This document shows, piece after piece, positions 26,098-33,799 of a DNA stretch of 33,799 nt. The translations under genes and the position numbers were made by a program. The DNA comes from an uncultured Lentisphaeria bacterium (lineage in GTDB: Bacteria; Fidelibacterota; UBA8477; JABMPR01): NCBI GenBank assembly GCA_964630195.1, contig CAZVSF010000002.1, forward strand, positions 1 through 33,799. The letters are read 5' to 3'. The first letter of the stretch is position 1, and each line of letters opens with the position of its first letter. A model generated the notes under the pieces. It did not search any database, was not told the origin of the DNA, and saw only the letters and a program-made list of their open reading frames with translations.

Positions 26098-27579
26098 ATG
26101 AAGAAACTGCAACTATCCCTTTTATCGCTACTTATTGCCGTAACGTCGTTCGCCCAGATCCCCTCACTCATAGAAGTTGGTGCGGATAACTGGGAAGCAT
26201 GGTATCAGGGTGATTTTAAGAATGTCCTGGGGTTTGTCGCCCAGGGTGCAGACACGGTATTGCTGACCTCATCCGGTTTTAGTTATACGACGGATGATAC
26301 TTTACCACTGGTGATAAATAGCCCGGTTGTCATCATGGCAGCCCCTGGACTGGCTGAAAAACCAATACTGTCGCATACCAACCCAGACACAAGTTCTTCC
26401 AGGGAGATCTTTCGTATTCTGGAAAGTGTAGAATTTAATGGTATTCATTTTAATGGTGCCCCGGATCAACCAAGAGGTGTGAAGTATGCCTTGCGGTATG
26501 GGGATTTTGAAGATGAGGCAACCGGACAGATCAATCTGGCTGAATCAGATATCAATATCACTCTAAAAGATTGTGATTTTGAGAATTTCCACTCTGAAGG
26601 TGATCAGGATAAACAGGGCAATGTCTTGTATTTTTTGAGGCCTCTCGATGTGACCAATGATCATATCCATGCGCATAATGTCATCATTGAAGGCTGTACT
26701 TTTACCGATATCGGTGATGAGGCTATCCGGATTTCCGAAGGTGAAAAATACCCCTTTGGCAGCATTGGGACTGTGGCCTATGATACATTGATCGTCAGGA
26801 ATTGTACTTTCGATGATGTGGATGCTGAATGTGTGCGTATCTATGGAGACACGGACACCAGCTTTGTTGGACCAACTTATGTGGATGGTCTAACTCTCAT
26901 CGAGAAGGTGACCGCAGTGAATTGTGCGCCACGCTTCATCTATGCCAAAAACTATCGGCAGACCATCCTTCGCGATGTGTTGGTCGCTAATGGACGCGAA
27001 CCCTCGATCAATCGCCAGGATAGAGGTGACTATGTCATGCACGTTCAGTTGAGCACATCCTATATCGCGAATGTCGACACATTTGATTTGACATTTACGA
27101 TGTATCAGGAAAATCGTGTTGTGGGTGGGAAGGGGGCTGATGTGGATGAAGCAACCGTGTATGGGTATGATCCCCAATTCACGGATGCCGCTAATGGAAA
27201 TTACGAGGTGAATTCACCCTACCTGTATAGTCGTGGTAGCGATGGAGGTTTCATTGGTGACCCACGTTGGGCTACGGCACCTCCACCCGTGGGAACAGCT
27301 CCAGAGACCAAACCTGTCGCTTTTACGCTGGAACAAAGCTATCCAAATCCATTCAATCCGAGTACCAGGATCGATTATACAATAGAACGACCCGATTTCA
27401 CCACGCTGGTTGTTTACAATGTGCTGGGTCAGGTTGTTTCTACACTCAAAGATGAGTTCATGTGGGAAGGTTCCTACAGTGTTGTATTTGATGCATCAGA
27501 ACTGGCGGGAGGAATTTATTTTTATGAATTGCGCCAGGGTGAGAATGCTCAAATTAATAAAATGATATTACTTAAATAG
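26098..27579 (+). CDS. Secreted right-handed beta-helix protein (single module) with T9SS C-terminal sorting domain
   Basis: 493-aa ORF. Signal ...IAVTSFAQ. Beta-helix rungs IIEGCTFTDIGDEAIRISEG and LIVRNCTFDDVDAECVRIYG. Cap motif DPQFTDAANGNYEV...GSDGGFIGDPRWAT is shared with the modules of the next gene. CTD (nt 27319-27576): LEQSYPNPFNPSTRIDY...GGIYFYELRQG...NKMILLK, Por_Secre_tail type. Confidence 0.78.
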   Translation: MKKLQLSLLSLLIAVTSFAQIPSLIEVGADNWEAWYQGDFKNVLGFVAQGADTVLLTSSGFSYTTDDTLPLVINSPVVIMAAPGLAEKPILSHTNPDTSSSREIFRILESVEFNGIHFNGAPDQPRGVKYALRYGDFEDEATGQINLAESDINITLKDCDFENFHSEGDQDKQGNVLYFLRPLDVTNDHIHAHNVIIEGCTFTDIGDEAIRISEGEKYPFGSIGTVAYDTLIVRNCTFDDVDAECVRIYGDTDTSFVGPTYVDGLTLIEKVTAVNCAPRFIYAKNYRQTILRDVLVANGREPSINRQDRGDYVMHVQLSTSYIANVDTFDLTFTMYQENRVVGGKGADVDEATVYGYDPQFTDAANGNYEVNSPYLYSRGSDGGFIGDPRWATAPPPVGTAPETKPVAFTLEQSYPNPFNPSTRIDYTIERPDFTTLVVYNVLGQVVSTLKDEFMWEGSYSVVFDASELAGGIYFYELRQGENAQINKMILLK

Positions 27580-27594
27580 GAAACGGGAGGTAAC

Positions 27595-30500
27595 ATGAAA
27601 AAACTACTCATTGCCGTATGTCTGCTGACATTGGCATTTGGTACGCTGCAAGCTGCAGTTATTCCAGTAGTTAATGATTCAGATTCCTCTCTGGTTACAG
27701 CATATAACAATGCCGTTGCCGGGGATATTCTGGAATTAACTGTGGATGGTGTGTATTTATCCAGGGCGCAGATCGTCATCGATAAGGATATCACCATTCG
27801 TGCAGCCGCAGGTCTGGCAAATCCACCAGTTTACAAATATGTAGGCACTTCAACTGGCGCCTATATGTTTAAAGGTGTCGGATCACCCCGCATCAACATA
27901 TCTGGTATTGAATTCGACGGTGACGGACAAGCTGAAGGCGGCGCTGCATTGGCCAAATACTTTTTTATTGTTCGCAACGATGACACAACCGCCACACTGG
28001 ATCTCTTTATTGATAATGTCTATGTACATGATTATAACGAGAAGATGATCAAGTTTTATGGTGATGCCGGTGTGGATTCCATGGTCGTGACCAACTCCAT
28101 GTTCGATACGACACCTAAAGAGGGAATTACCCTCTATTCAGGTTCATCAAGCGATCCAATGGCAAAATATGCCTACGTTGAGATCTCAAACACCACGATA
28201 GCCAATACTGGTAGGGAAGCTGTCAAGAACCAGACAAGCCCAGGTGGTACAGTTGTTCTTGATAGGTTGACACTTGACGGTTGTGGTAATAGCGGCAACA
28301 AATCCATGATTTATTTCCGCGATGTTGATGATGTTACTGTCAAGAATAGCATCTTTTATAATAGCACAAATGCTGATGCTGGTGAAGAGTTTGCTGACAT
28401 GGCCACCTCAAACAACGTGTTTCATAACAATGTTGTCTGGGATGTTGTGAACACAGATGTAAGCAATGCTGTGGTCACGGATACCCTTCATGTCGATCCA
28501 ATGTTCTTGGACGCTGCAGCAGGTGACTATACAGTTCTCAATATGGATCTCTACACATTCGCTGATGATGGTGGATCTGTAGGCGATTCATACTGGATCC
28601 CCAATCGCGAACCTGCTGTTTATCAGATCTCGAGTGCTGATACCAATGCACTGGCTGACGCTGTGAACGATGCTATCGCCGGTGATGCTTTTGTACTTGT
28701 GGATGAAGGTCCATACCTGAACACAAGTCAGATGGTTATCGAAGAAGATATCGCCATCATGGCCTGGGACCTTTTACCCACGAAACCTGTTGTGAAATAT
28801 GTAGGTACTTCAACTGGTGCTTATATGTTCAAGGGTGTTGGTTCACCACATATCATGATTCATGGTATCGAGTTTGATGGTGACGGACAAGCTGAAGGTG
28901 GCGCTGCTCTGGCCAAATACTTCTTTATCGTTCGGAATGATGACCCGACTGCCACACTGGATCTCTTTATTGATGATGTCTATGTACATGATTACAACGA
29001 AAAGATGATCAAGTTCTATGGTGATGCAGGTGTTGATTCAATGGTTGTAACCAATTCAATATTCGATACTGGTCCTAAAGAAGGAATCACGCTCTACTCA
29101 GGATCATCATCTGATCCAGCTGCGGTCTATAGCTATGTAGAGATCTCAAATACAACTATTACCAACACTGGCAGGGAAGCTATCAAGAACCAGACAAGTA
29201 CTGGTGGTACAGTTGTTCTAGATAGATTGACCATTGATGGTTGTGGAAACAGTGGCAACAAATCAATGATCTATTTCCGTGATGCTGATGATGTTACTGT
29301 GAAAAACAGCATTTTCTCAAACAGCACCAACGCTGATGCTGGTGAAGAGTTTGCCGATATGGCAACATCAAACAATGCATTCCATAACAATGTTGTTTGG
29401 GATGTAGTGAACACTGAAGTCAGCAATGCTGTTGTGACTGATACGCTGCATGCTGATCCAATGTATGCAGATGCTGCTAATGGTGATTTCACCATCGCCA
29501 ACGCCGACCTATTCACATTTGCTGATGATGGCGGGGCAGTAGGAGATGGACGCTGGGCACCAGAAATGGTTGTTGAAGTCACTGAAGTGACAAATGATCT
29601 TCCAAATGCATTGGCAGATGCTGTTGACGCCTCTGAACCTGGTGACATTCTCGTATTGGTTTCAGAAGGTGAATATGTCAGTGATGATGATATTGAAGTT
29701 CCTCATGATCTGACCATTATGGGTTCATATGAATTGCCAACCAGACCTGTAGTCAAATACAATGGTGGCTCAAGTTCATATTTCTTAAGACCTGAAGCCA
29801 ATGTACGTCTTGCTGTTTCAAATCTTGAATTTGATGGTAACAGACCTGACGGCAGTCTCGTGAAATACTTTGTCCGTATCGACAACTCAGATCCTACGGC
29901 TCTGACGAGTCTGATCGTAGACAATGTGCTTGCACATGATTTTGCTGACAAGGTTGTGAAAGCCTATGGCAACTCTGGTATCGATTCAGTATTGATAACC
30001 AATAGTGTTTTTCATAGTGGCGGCTCAGAGGGTATCTGTCTGTATCAAGGATCCTCTTCTGCAGCGCCTACGCCCATCAATTATGCTGAGATCTCGAACT
30101 GTACACTTTATGACATCGAGCGTGAAGCCATCAAATCTGAGCTCTATGCTGATTCTCAGATCCTCATAGATCGTGTTACAGTCTACAATTGTGGTAGCGC
30201 TCAAAATAAGCCAATGCTGCGCTTCCGTGCTGTAACAAATGTTGAAGTCAAGAACAGCATCTTTGCACACAATGATAATACAGACACAGGTGAAGATTTT
30301 GCCGATTTCGGTGAAGCCGCCAACCTGTTCCATCACAATGCTGTCTGGGACATGCTGAATTATGAAACGGGTTCAGCTACGCCTACTGATACGGTACAGG
30401 TTGACCCAATGTTTGCTGATGCAGCCAATGCTGATTTCACAATTCCTGAAGATTCACCCCTGTACTCCTTTGCTGATGATGGTGGATCCATTGGTGATAC

Positions 30501-33084
30501 ACGTTGGGCACCACCCCTGGGTGTCTACTTCCTGAATACCTTTACCGTTGGTGAGGGTGAGGTTGTACTCGATCCTCCTGGTGGCGTTTATGGTGAAGGA
30601 GAATCAGTTACATTGACCGCTGTACCTGCAGAATACTGGGCTTTCGATCACTGGGATCCAGTGATTGTCTTCCCACCAACAAACCCCGTTGCTACAATCA
30701 CAATGACAGAATCAAAAAATGTAACCGCTCATTTCGTTCCAACGCTGACAAACTACGCGATCGAGACTGCCGTGATCGGTTATGGTCATATTGAAGAGAC
30801 TGTTGGACATCAGTATCCACTCGATGCATACATCGAAGGAGATACGCTGATGTTGACTGCAGTTGCAGATTCTGTTAACTGGGAATTCGCCTACTGGGTG
30901 AATGCAGAGCAGGATAGTATCGCTGACGGTGATATCTATTACCTCATCGATGCTGATACAACCTTTACAGCCATGTTCAGATCTACGCTGACACAGGCTA
31001 TGTTGACAACCATGACAGTTGGTATGGGTAATGTTAGTGTCAGCCCAATGCCAGTTCCCGGGTTTGATACCTACGATGCTGGAACTGAGCTCACTGTTAC
31101 TGCCACAGCCCCATTGGGTTGGGAATTTGCTGGCTGGAGTGGCGATGTAACATCAACTGATAATCCGCTTGCAATTACGCTTGCAGCAGACATGTCCGTG
31201 ACAGCCACATTCACAGAGATCAGTCACCCAGATGGTATTCTTGCCATCGGCTCAGACTGGGATCTGTTAGATGCGCTTGAGTACGCCAAGAACAACGCTC
31301 AAGTTGATCGCATCCTGCTGACTGATATTGGTCCTTATGTTCCATCTGAAGATCGTCGTTCAGAAGGAAAAATGCCCGCGCTCGAAATTACCCAGACGGT
31401 TGAAATTCTGGGTGCCGATACGCTGAGCGCAAAGCCTCTGGTCATGGGATACACCTCCTCCACTGGCGGTACCAGCTCAGAAGGTTTATTCCGACTGAGA
31501 ATGGGTGGAAATTTAACCCTGAAAAATCTGGCTATCGATGGTTGGATGGAAGGTGCTACCGTACAGGCCAAGTATCTCATCCGTGCGGATGATTCAGATA
31601 ATATGGGCTATCATACTTCATTTAGAGCTTTCGGTGTTGATTTTAAATCAACAAAAGAGGTTTTTTATAAGAACTATCCTTCTGCTTATGTCGATTCGTT
31701 GATATTTGACGGTTGTCTGGTTGAGGATATTGGTAAGGAAGCTTTCTTTTTCAACTCGGTCGGTGATGCTGATTTGATTCAGATCACGAACAGCACATTC
31801 AAACGGGTTGGTCGGGAAGTTATCTACATGAAGAATATGGATCCCGTGGTTGTTTTAGACCACCTGACAATTGAGAATTGTGGGATTGGTTATGGAACAG
31901 AAGGTGACAAGTTCGGTGCTGTCAGGCTTCAGGATGGAACCACCAATGTGACATTCACCAATTCGATCATTGTCAATGTTACCAATTCCATAAATGGCTA
32001 TGGTTTGAGAGTAGCAGGTGAGAACTCATATGTAGATAATCTCCTGCTGCATAATACCAATGATAATCTTGATATGCGCGATGGTGCAACACTTGGTCCA
32101 GATGTTTATTTCTATGATCCCATGTTCGCAGACATAGGCGCTGAAGATTACACATTATTGGATGCCTCTTTGGCTTATCATCTACAGAATGATGATTCGC
32201 CGGCCATCGGTGATACTCGTTGGGCAACTTCAACGAATGTTACAGATTACAAAGCTCTCGATCTCATGGTCGCAGGCAATGGTTGGGTTGAACTCAGCCC
32301 AGCTCCTATGGCCAAGTTCTATCTACCCAATGAAGTGGTGACATTAACAGCTTTGCCAGATTCACTGGCTCAGTTTGATGGTTATTCTGGTGATCTGGTT
32401 TCCTCAGATCTTGTTTCCACAGTGACCATGGATACTGACAAGATGATCTATGCTGATTTCAGCATCCCAATGTATACCCTCACGCTAAATGCCCGCATGG
32501 GTTATCAGATATTCGCTGGTAACTTTGATCCAGATACAGACTCTCTGGATGTTGCAGGCAACTTTAACGACTGGAACGGTAGTCCAGAGAGCTGGTTGTC
32601 ACCAACCGGCGCCGATTCGATCTGGTCCGTAACCTTCGAAACCCCGGCTCTCGGTGATTTACACTTTGAGTTTAAACTCAGAATCAACGGGAACTGGGAT
32701 ACCTCTGAATTTCCAGCTGGCGGACCAAATCGCGTATTGGATGTGACAGGGGATACAGAGCTTACAGTCTGGTACAATGATGAAGATTACACCACTGCTG
32801 TGGATGATAACTTCCTGCCAGATGTGTATGCCCTGAACCAGAACTATCCAAACCCCTTTAACCCAAGCACGACCATCTCTTTCGATCTGATCGAGACCGC
32901 CGATACACGCTTGGTTCTCTATGATGTACGGGGTAGGGAAGTGGAACGGATCGTGAACCAGAGTATGGCCCCCGGCCGTTATACAGTGACCTTTGACGGT
33001 TCTGCATACGCCAGTGGTGTCTACTTCTATCGTCTAACCAGCGGTGAGTTCTCAGACGTTAAGAAACTCATGTTGCTGAAATAA
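27595..33084 (+). CDS. Giant (1829 aa) multi-module T9SS cargo protein: 4 beta-helix modules, 4 InlB-B-type repeats, CBM-like domain, T9SS CTD
   Basis: Signal MKKLLIAVCLLTLAFGTLQA. Three tandem 320-aa beta-helix modules are followed by three InlB-B-repeat-like domains (about nt 30521-31220, e.g. FTVGEGEVVLDPPGGVYGEGESVTLTAVPAEYWAFDHWD). A fourth beta-helix module lies at about 31231-32230. A fourth B-repeat lies at 32248-32463. A CBM20/48-like segment LDVAGNFNDWNG...FEFKLRINGNWD lies at 32470-32784. CTD at 32821-33081: NQNYPNPFNPSTTISF...SGVYFYRLTSG...KKLMLLK. Confidence 0.85.
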   Translation: MKKLLIAVCLLTLAFGTLQAAVIPVVNDSDSSLVTAYNNAVAGDILELTVDGVYLSRAQIVIDKDITIRAAAGLANPPVYKYVGTSTGAYMFKGVGSPRINISGIEFDGDGQAEGGAALAKYFFIVRNDDTTATLDLFIDNVYVHDYNEKMIKFYGDAGVDSMVVTNSMFDTTPKEGITLYSGSSSDPMAKYAYVEISNTTIANTGREAVKNQTSPGGTVVLDRLTLDGCGNSGNKSMIYFRDVDDVTVKNSIFYNSTNADAGEEFADMATSNNVFHNNVVWDVVNTDVSNAVVTDTLHVDPMFLDAAAGDYTVLNMDLYTFADDGGSVGDSYWIPNREPAVYQISSADTNALADAVNDAIAGDAFVLVDEGPYLNTSQMVIEEDIAIMAWDLLPTKPVVKYVGTSTGAYMFKGVGSPHIMIHGIEFDGDGQAEGGAALAKYFFIVRNDDPTATLDLFIDDVYVHDYNEKMIKFYGDAGVDSMVVTNSIFDTGPKEGITLYSGSSSDPAAVYSYVEISNTTITNTGREAIKNQTSTGGTVVLDRLTIDGCGNSGNKSMIYFRDADDVTVKNSIFSNSTNADAGEEFADMATSNNAFHNNVVWDVVNTEVSNAVVTDTLHADPMYADAANGDFTIANADLFTFADDGGAVGDGRWAPEMVVEVTEVTNDLPNALADAVDASEPGDILVLVSEGEYVSDDDIEVPHDLTIMGSYELPTRPVVKYNGGSSSYFLRPEANVRLAVSNLEFDGNRPDGSLVKYFVRIDNSDPTALTSLIVDNVLAHDFADKVVKAYGNSGIDSVLITNSVFHSGGSEGICLYQGSSSAAPTPINYAEISNCTLYDIEREAIKSELYADSQILIDRVTVYNCGSAQNKPMLRFRAVTNVEVKNSIFAHNDNTDTGEDFADFGEAANLFHHNAVWDMLNYETGSATPTDTVQVDPMFADAANADFTIPEDSPLYSFADDGGSIGDTRWAPPLGVYFLNTFTVGEGEVVLDPPGGVYGEGESVTLTAVPAEYWAFDHWDPVIVFPPTNPVATITMTESKNVTAHFVPTLTNYAIETAVIGYGHIEETVGHQYPLDAYIEGDTLMLTAVADSVNWEFAYWVNAEQDSIADGDIYYLIDADTTFTAMFRSTLTQAMLTTMTVGMGNVSVSPMPVPGFDTYDAGTELTVTATAPLGWEFAGWSGDVTSTDNPLAITLAADMSVTATFTEISHPDGILAIGSDWDLLDALEYAKNNAQVDRILLTDIGPYVPSEDRRSEGKMPALEITQTVEILGADTLSAKPLVMGYTSSTGGTSSEGLFRLRMGGNLTLKNLAIDGWMEGATVQAKYLIRADDSDNMGYHTSFRAFGVDFKSTKEVFYKNYPSAYVDSLIFDGCLVEDIGKEAFFFNSVGDADLIQITNSTFKRVGREVIYMKNMDPVVVLDHLTIENCGIGYGTEGDKFGAVRLQDGTTNVTFTNSIIVNVTNSINGYGLRVAGENSYVDNLLLHNTNDNLDMRDGATLGPDVYFYDPMFADIGAEDYTLLDASLAYHLQNDDSPAIGDTRWATSTNVTDYKALDLMVAGNGWVELSPAPMAKFYLPNEVVTLTALPDSLAQFDGYSGDLVSSDLVSTVTMDTDKMIYADFSIPMYTLTLNARMGYQIFAGNFDPDTDSLDVAGNFNDWNGSPESWLSPTGADSIWSVTFETPALGDLHFEFKLRINGNWDTSEFPAGGPNRVLDVTGDTELTVWYNDEDYTTAVDDNFLPDVYALNQNYPNPFNPSTTISFDLIETADTRLVLYDVRGREVERIVNQSMAPGRYTVTFDGSAYASGVYFYRLTSGEFSDVKKLMLLK
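27655..30534 (+). repeat. Three in-frame tandem units of exactly 960 bp (320 aa) inside the giant gene; units 1 and 2 near-identical in protein, unit 3 diverged
   Basis: Landmark tatgtagg(c/t)acttcaactgg occurs at 27839 and 28799, an offset of 960. The GD of (A/P)GD(I/A)(L/F)(E/V)L lies at aa 43, 363 and 683. Long identical nucleotide runs occur in units 1 and 2 (ggtgacggacaagctgaagg, gccacactggatctctttattgat, gctgatgctggtgaagagtttgc). Confidence 0.85.
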
Positions 33085-33100
33085 AAAGAAGGAAATTGAT

Positions 33101-33137
33101 CTGCGGGGTGATTCGTCACCCCGCAGACCTCCTTTTT
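33101..33137 (+). terminator. Rho-independent-type terminator hairpin after the giant gene
   Basis: Perfect 11-bp stem CTGCGGGGTGA (33101-33111) paired with TCACCCCGCAG (33116-33126), with loop TTCG. It is followed by acctccTTTTT (T-run 33133-33137). Confidence 0.7.
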
Positions 33138-33799
33138 ATGAAATTTATTCTAAACATATTAACCCTTATAATTTCAGTCACATTAGTGGCTGAAACTGTT
33201 CCTGTGAGCAGTGCGATTGATATTCATAATGCCATGGATGGCTTAAATCCAGGCGATACCCTCCTCATGGAGGACGGTATCTGGGCTGATCAACGTATAT
33301 CTTTTCACGCAAACGGGACGGAAGCTCAAGCCATTGTTCTCATCCCTGAAACGCCAGGGCAAGTTGTCCTCTCAGGATTCAGCACGCTTGAATTCTCAGG
33401 TTCCTATCTTGAGATCAATGGATTGAATTTTACCGATGGCTACTCCACCGGAGATGCGGTGATCGAATTCCGTAGAAATGGTGTGAGAGCCAATCACTGT
33501 CGATTGACCAATACTTCTATTTTTAATTACAACCCCACCAGCATTGGCACCAATTATAAGTGGGTGTCCATGTATGGTCAGAATAATCGGGTGGACCACT
33601 GCTATTTTGCAGGTAAAAATCATGATGCCGCCACCTTTGTGGTCTGGCTCAGCGAAGCGCAGGACAGAGACAATCATCATATCATCGAATACAATCATTT
33701 TGGATACAGACCCGAGCTGGGATTCAATGGTGGCGAGACCATCAGAATCGGAACCAGTACCTGGTCAATGACCAATTCCCGCACCATCGTACGACATAA
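33138..33799 (+). CDS. PL6-family polysaccharide lyase (chondroitinase B / poly-mannuronate lyase-like), 5' part only, runs off the window
   Basis: Not in the ORF track because no stop is reached. My hand translation from ATG 33138 is open to the window end (220 aa). MKFILNILTLIISVTLVA signal. PGDTLLMEDGIWADQRISF, NHCRLTNTSIFNYN, NNRVDHCYFAGKN and FNGGETIRIGTSTWS are colinear with PL6/chondroitinase-B-type motifs as I recall them. The final taa (33797-33799) is out of frame. Confidence 0.78.
   Translation, partial: MKFILNILTLIISVTLVAETVPVSSAIDIHNAMDGLNPGDTLLMEDGIWADQRISFHANGTEAQAIVLIPETPGQVVLSGFSTLEFSGSYLEINGLNFTDGYSTGDAVIEFRRNGVRANHCRLTNTSIFNYNPTSIGTNYKWVSMYGQNNRVDHCYFAGKNHDAATFVVWLSEAQDRDNHHIIEYNHFGYRPELGFNGGETIRIGTSTWSMTNSRTIVRH

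Noticed and set aside
27655-29574. Possibility that the near-identical 960-bp units are a DGR template/variable repeat pair.
   Set aside because: Differences between the units involve all base types (c/t, t/c, a/g, g/a and others), not adenine-specific substitutions. They sit mainly at synonymous sites. No reverse transcriptase gene is in the window.
33797-33799. Terminal taa, which could be read as the stop of the last ORF.
   Set aside because: It is out of frame with the ATG-33138 reading frame (codons ...cga cat aa). The PL6-like ORF is simply truncated by the window edge.
1-33799. Scan for tRNA/rRNA, CRISPR arrays, IS or transposase, integrase, toxin-antitoxin or defence genes.
   Set aside because: I found no direct-repeat/spacer arrays, no cloverleaf-like or rRNA-like conserved stretches, and no ORFs with transposase, integrase or nuclease motifs. 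Non-coding space is under 3% of the window.

Overview
All supported genes are on the + strand and tightly packed, with gaps of 0-40 nt and several stop/start overlaps. Together they form one large polysaccharide-utilisation-type locus for a sulfated, uronic-acid-containing glycan.

Block 1 (44-17926) encodes six Cys-type (C-x-P-x-R) sulfatases, most with twin-arginine and lipobox signals. It also holds two PL5/AlgL-like (NNH-motif) lyase paralogs, a heparinase II/III-like lyase, a pectate-lyase-fold beta-helix lipoprotein and a signal-less 272-aa ORFan wedged between sulfatases. The last gene is a radical-SAM anaerobic sulfatase-maturating enzyme carrying a SecA-type SEC-C zinc tail.

A 386-nt regulatory gap follows, with a sigma70-like promoter and repeated GTCATAC motifs.

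Block 2 (18313-33084) starts with a SusC-type TonB-dependent receptor that is not followed by a SusD. The next genes are a 766-aa ORFan with a divergent T9SS-like C-terminal domain and two PorV/FadL-like outer-membrane proteins. A 493-aa beta-helix T9SS cargo protein comes next. The block ends with a 1829-aa T9SS cargo protein built from four beta-helix modules (three as exact 960-bp tandem units), InlB-B-type repeats and a CBM-like domain.

A strong hairpin terminator is followed immediately by a truncated PL6 (chondroitinase B/alginate lyase-like) gene.

I saw no tRNA, rRNA, CRISPR, IS element, regulator or inner-membrane transporter. T9SS sorting tails without SusD suggest an FCB-superphylum bacterium outside classical Bacteroidota; this is inference. 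The most novel candidate is the SusD-less TBDR/ORFan/PorV-like/T9SS-cargo module.
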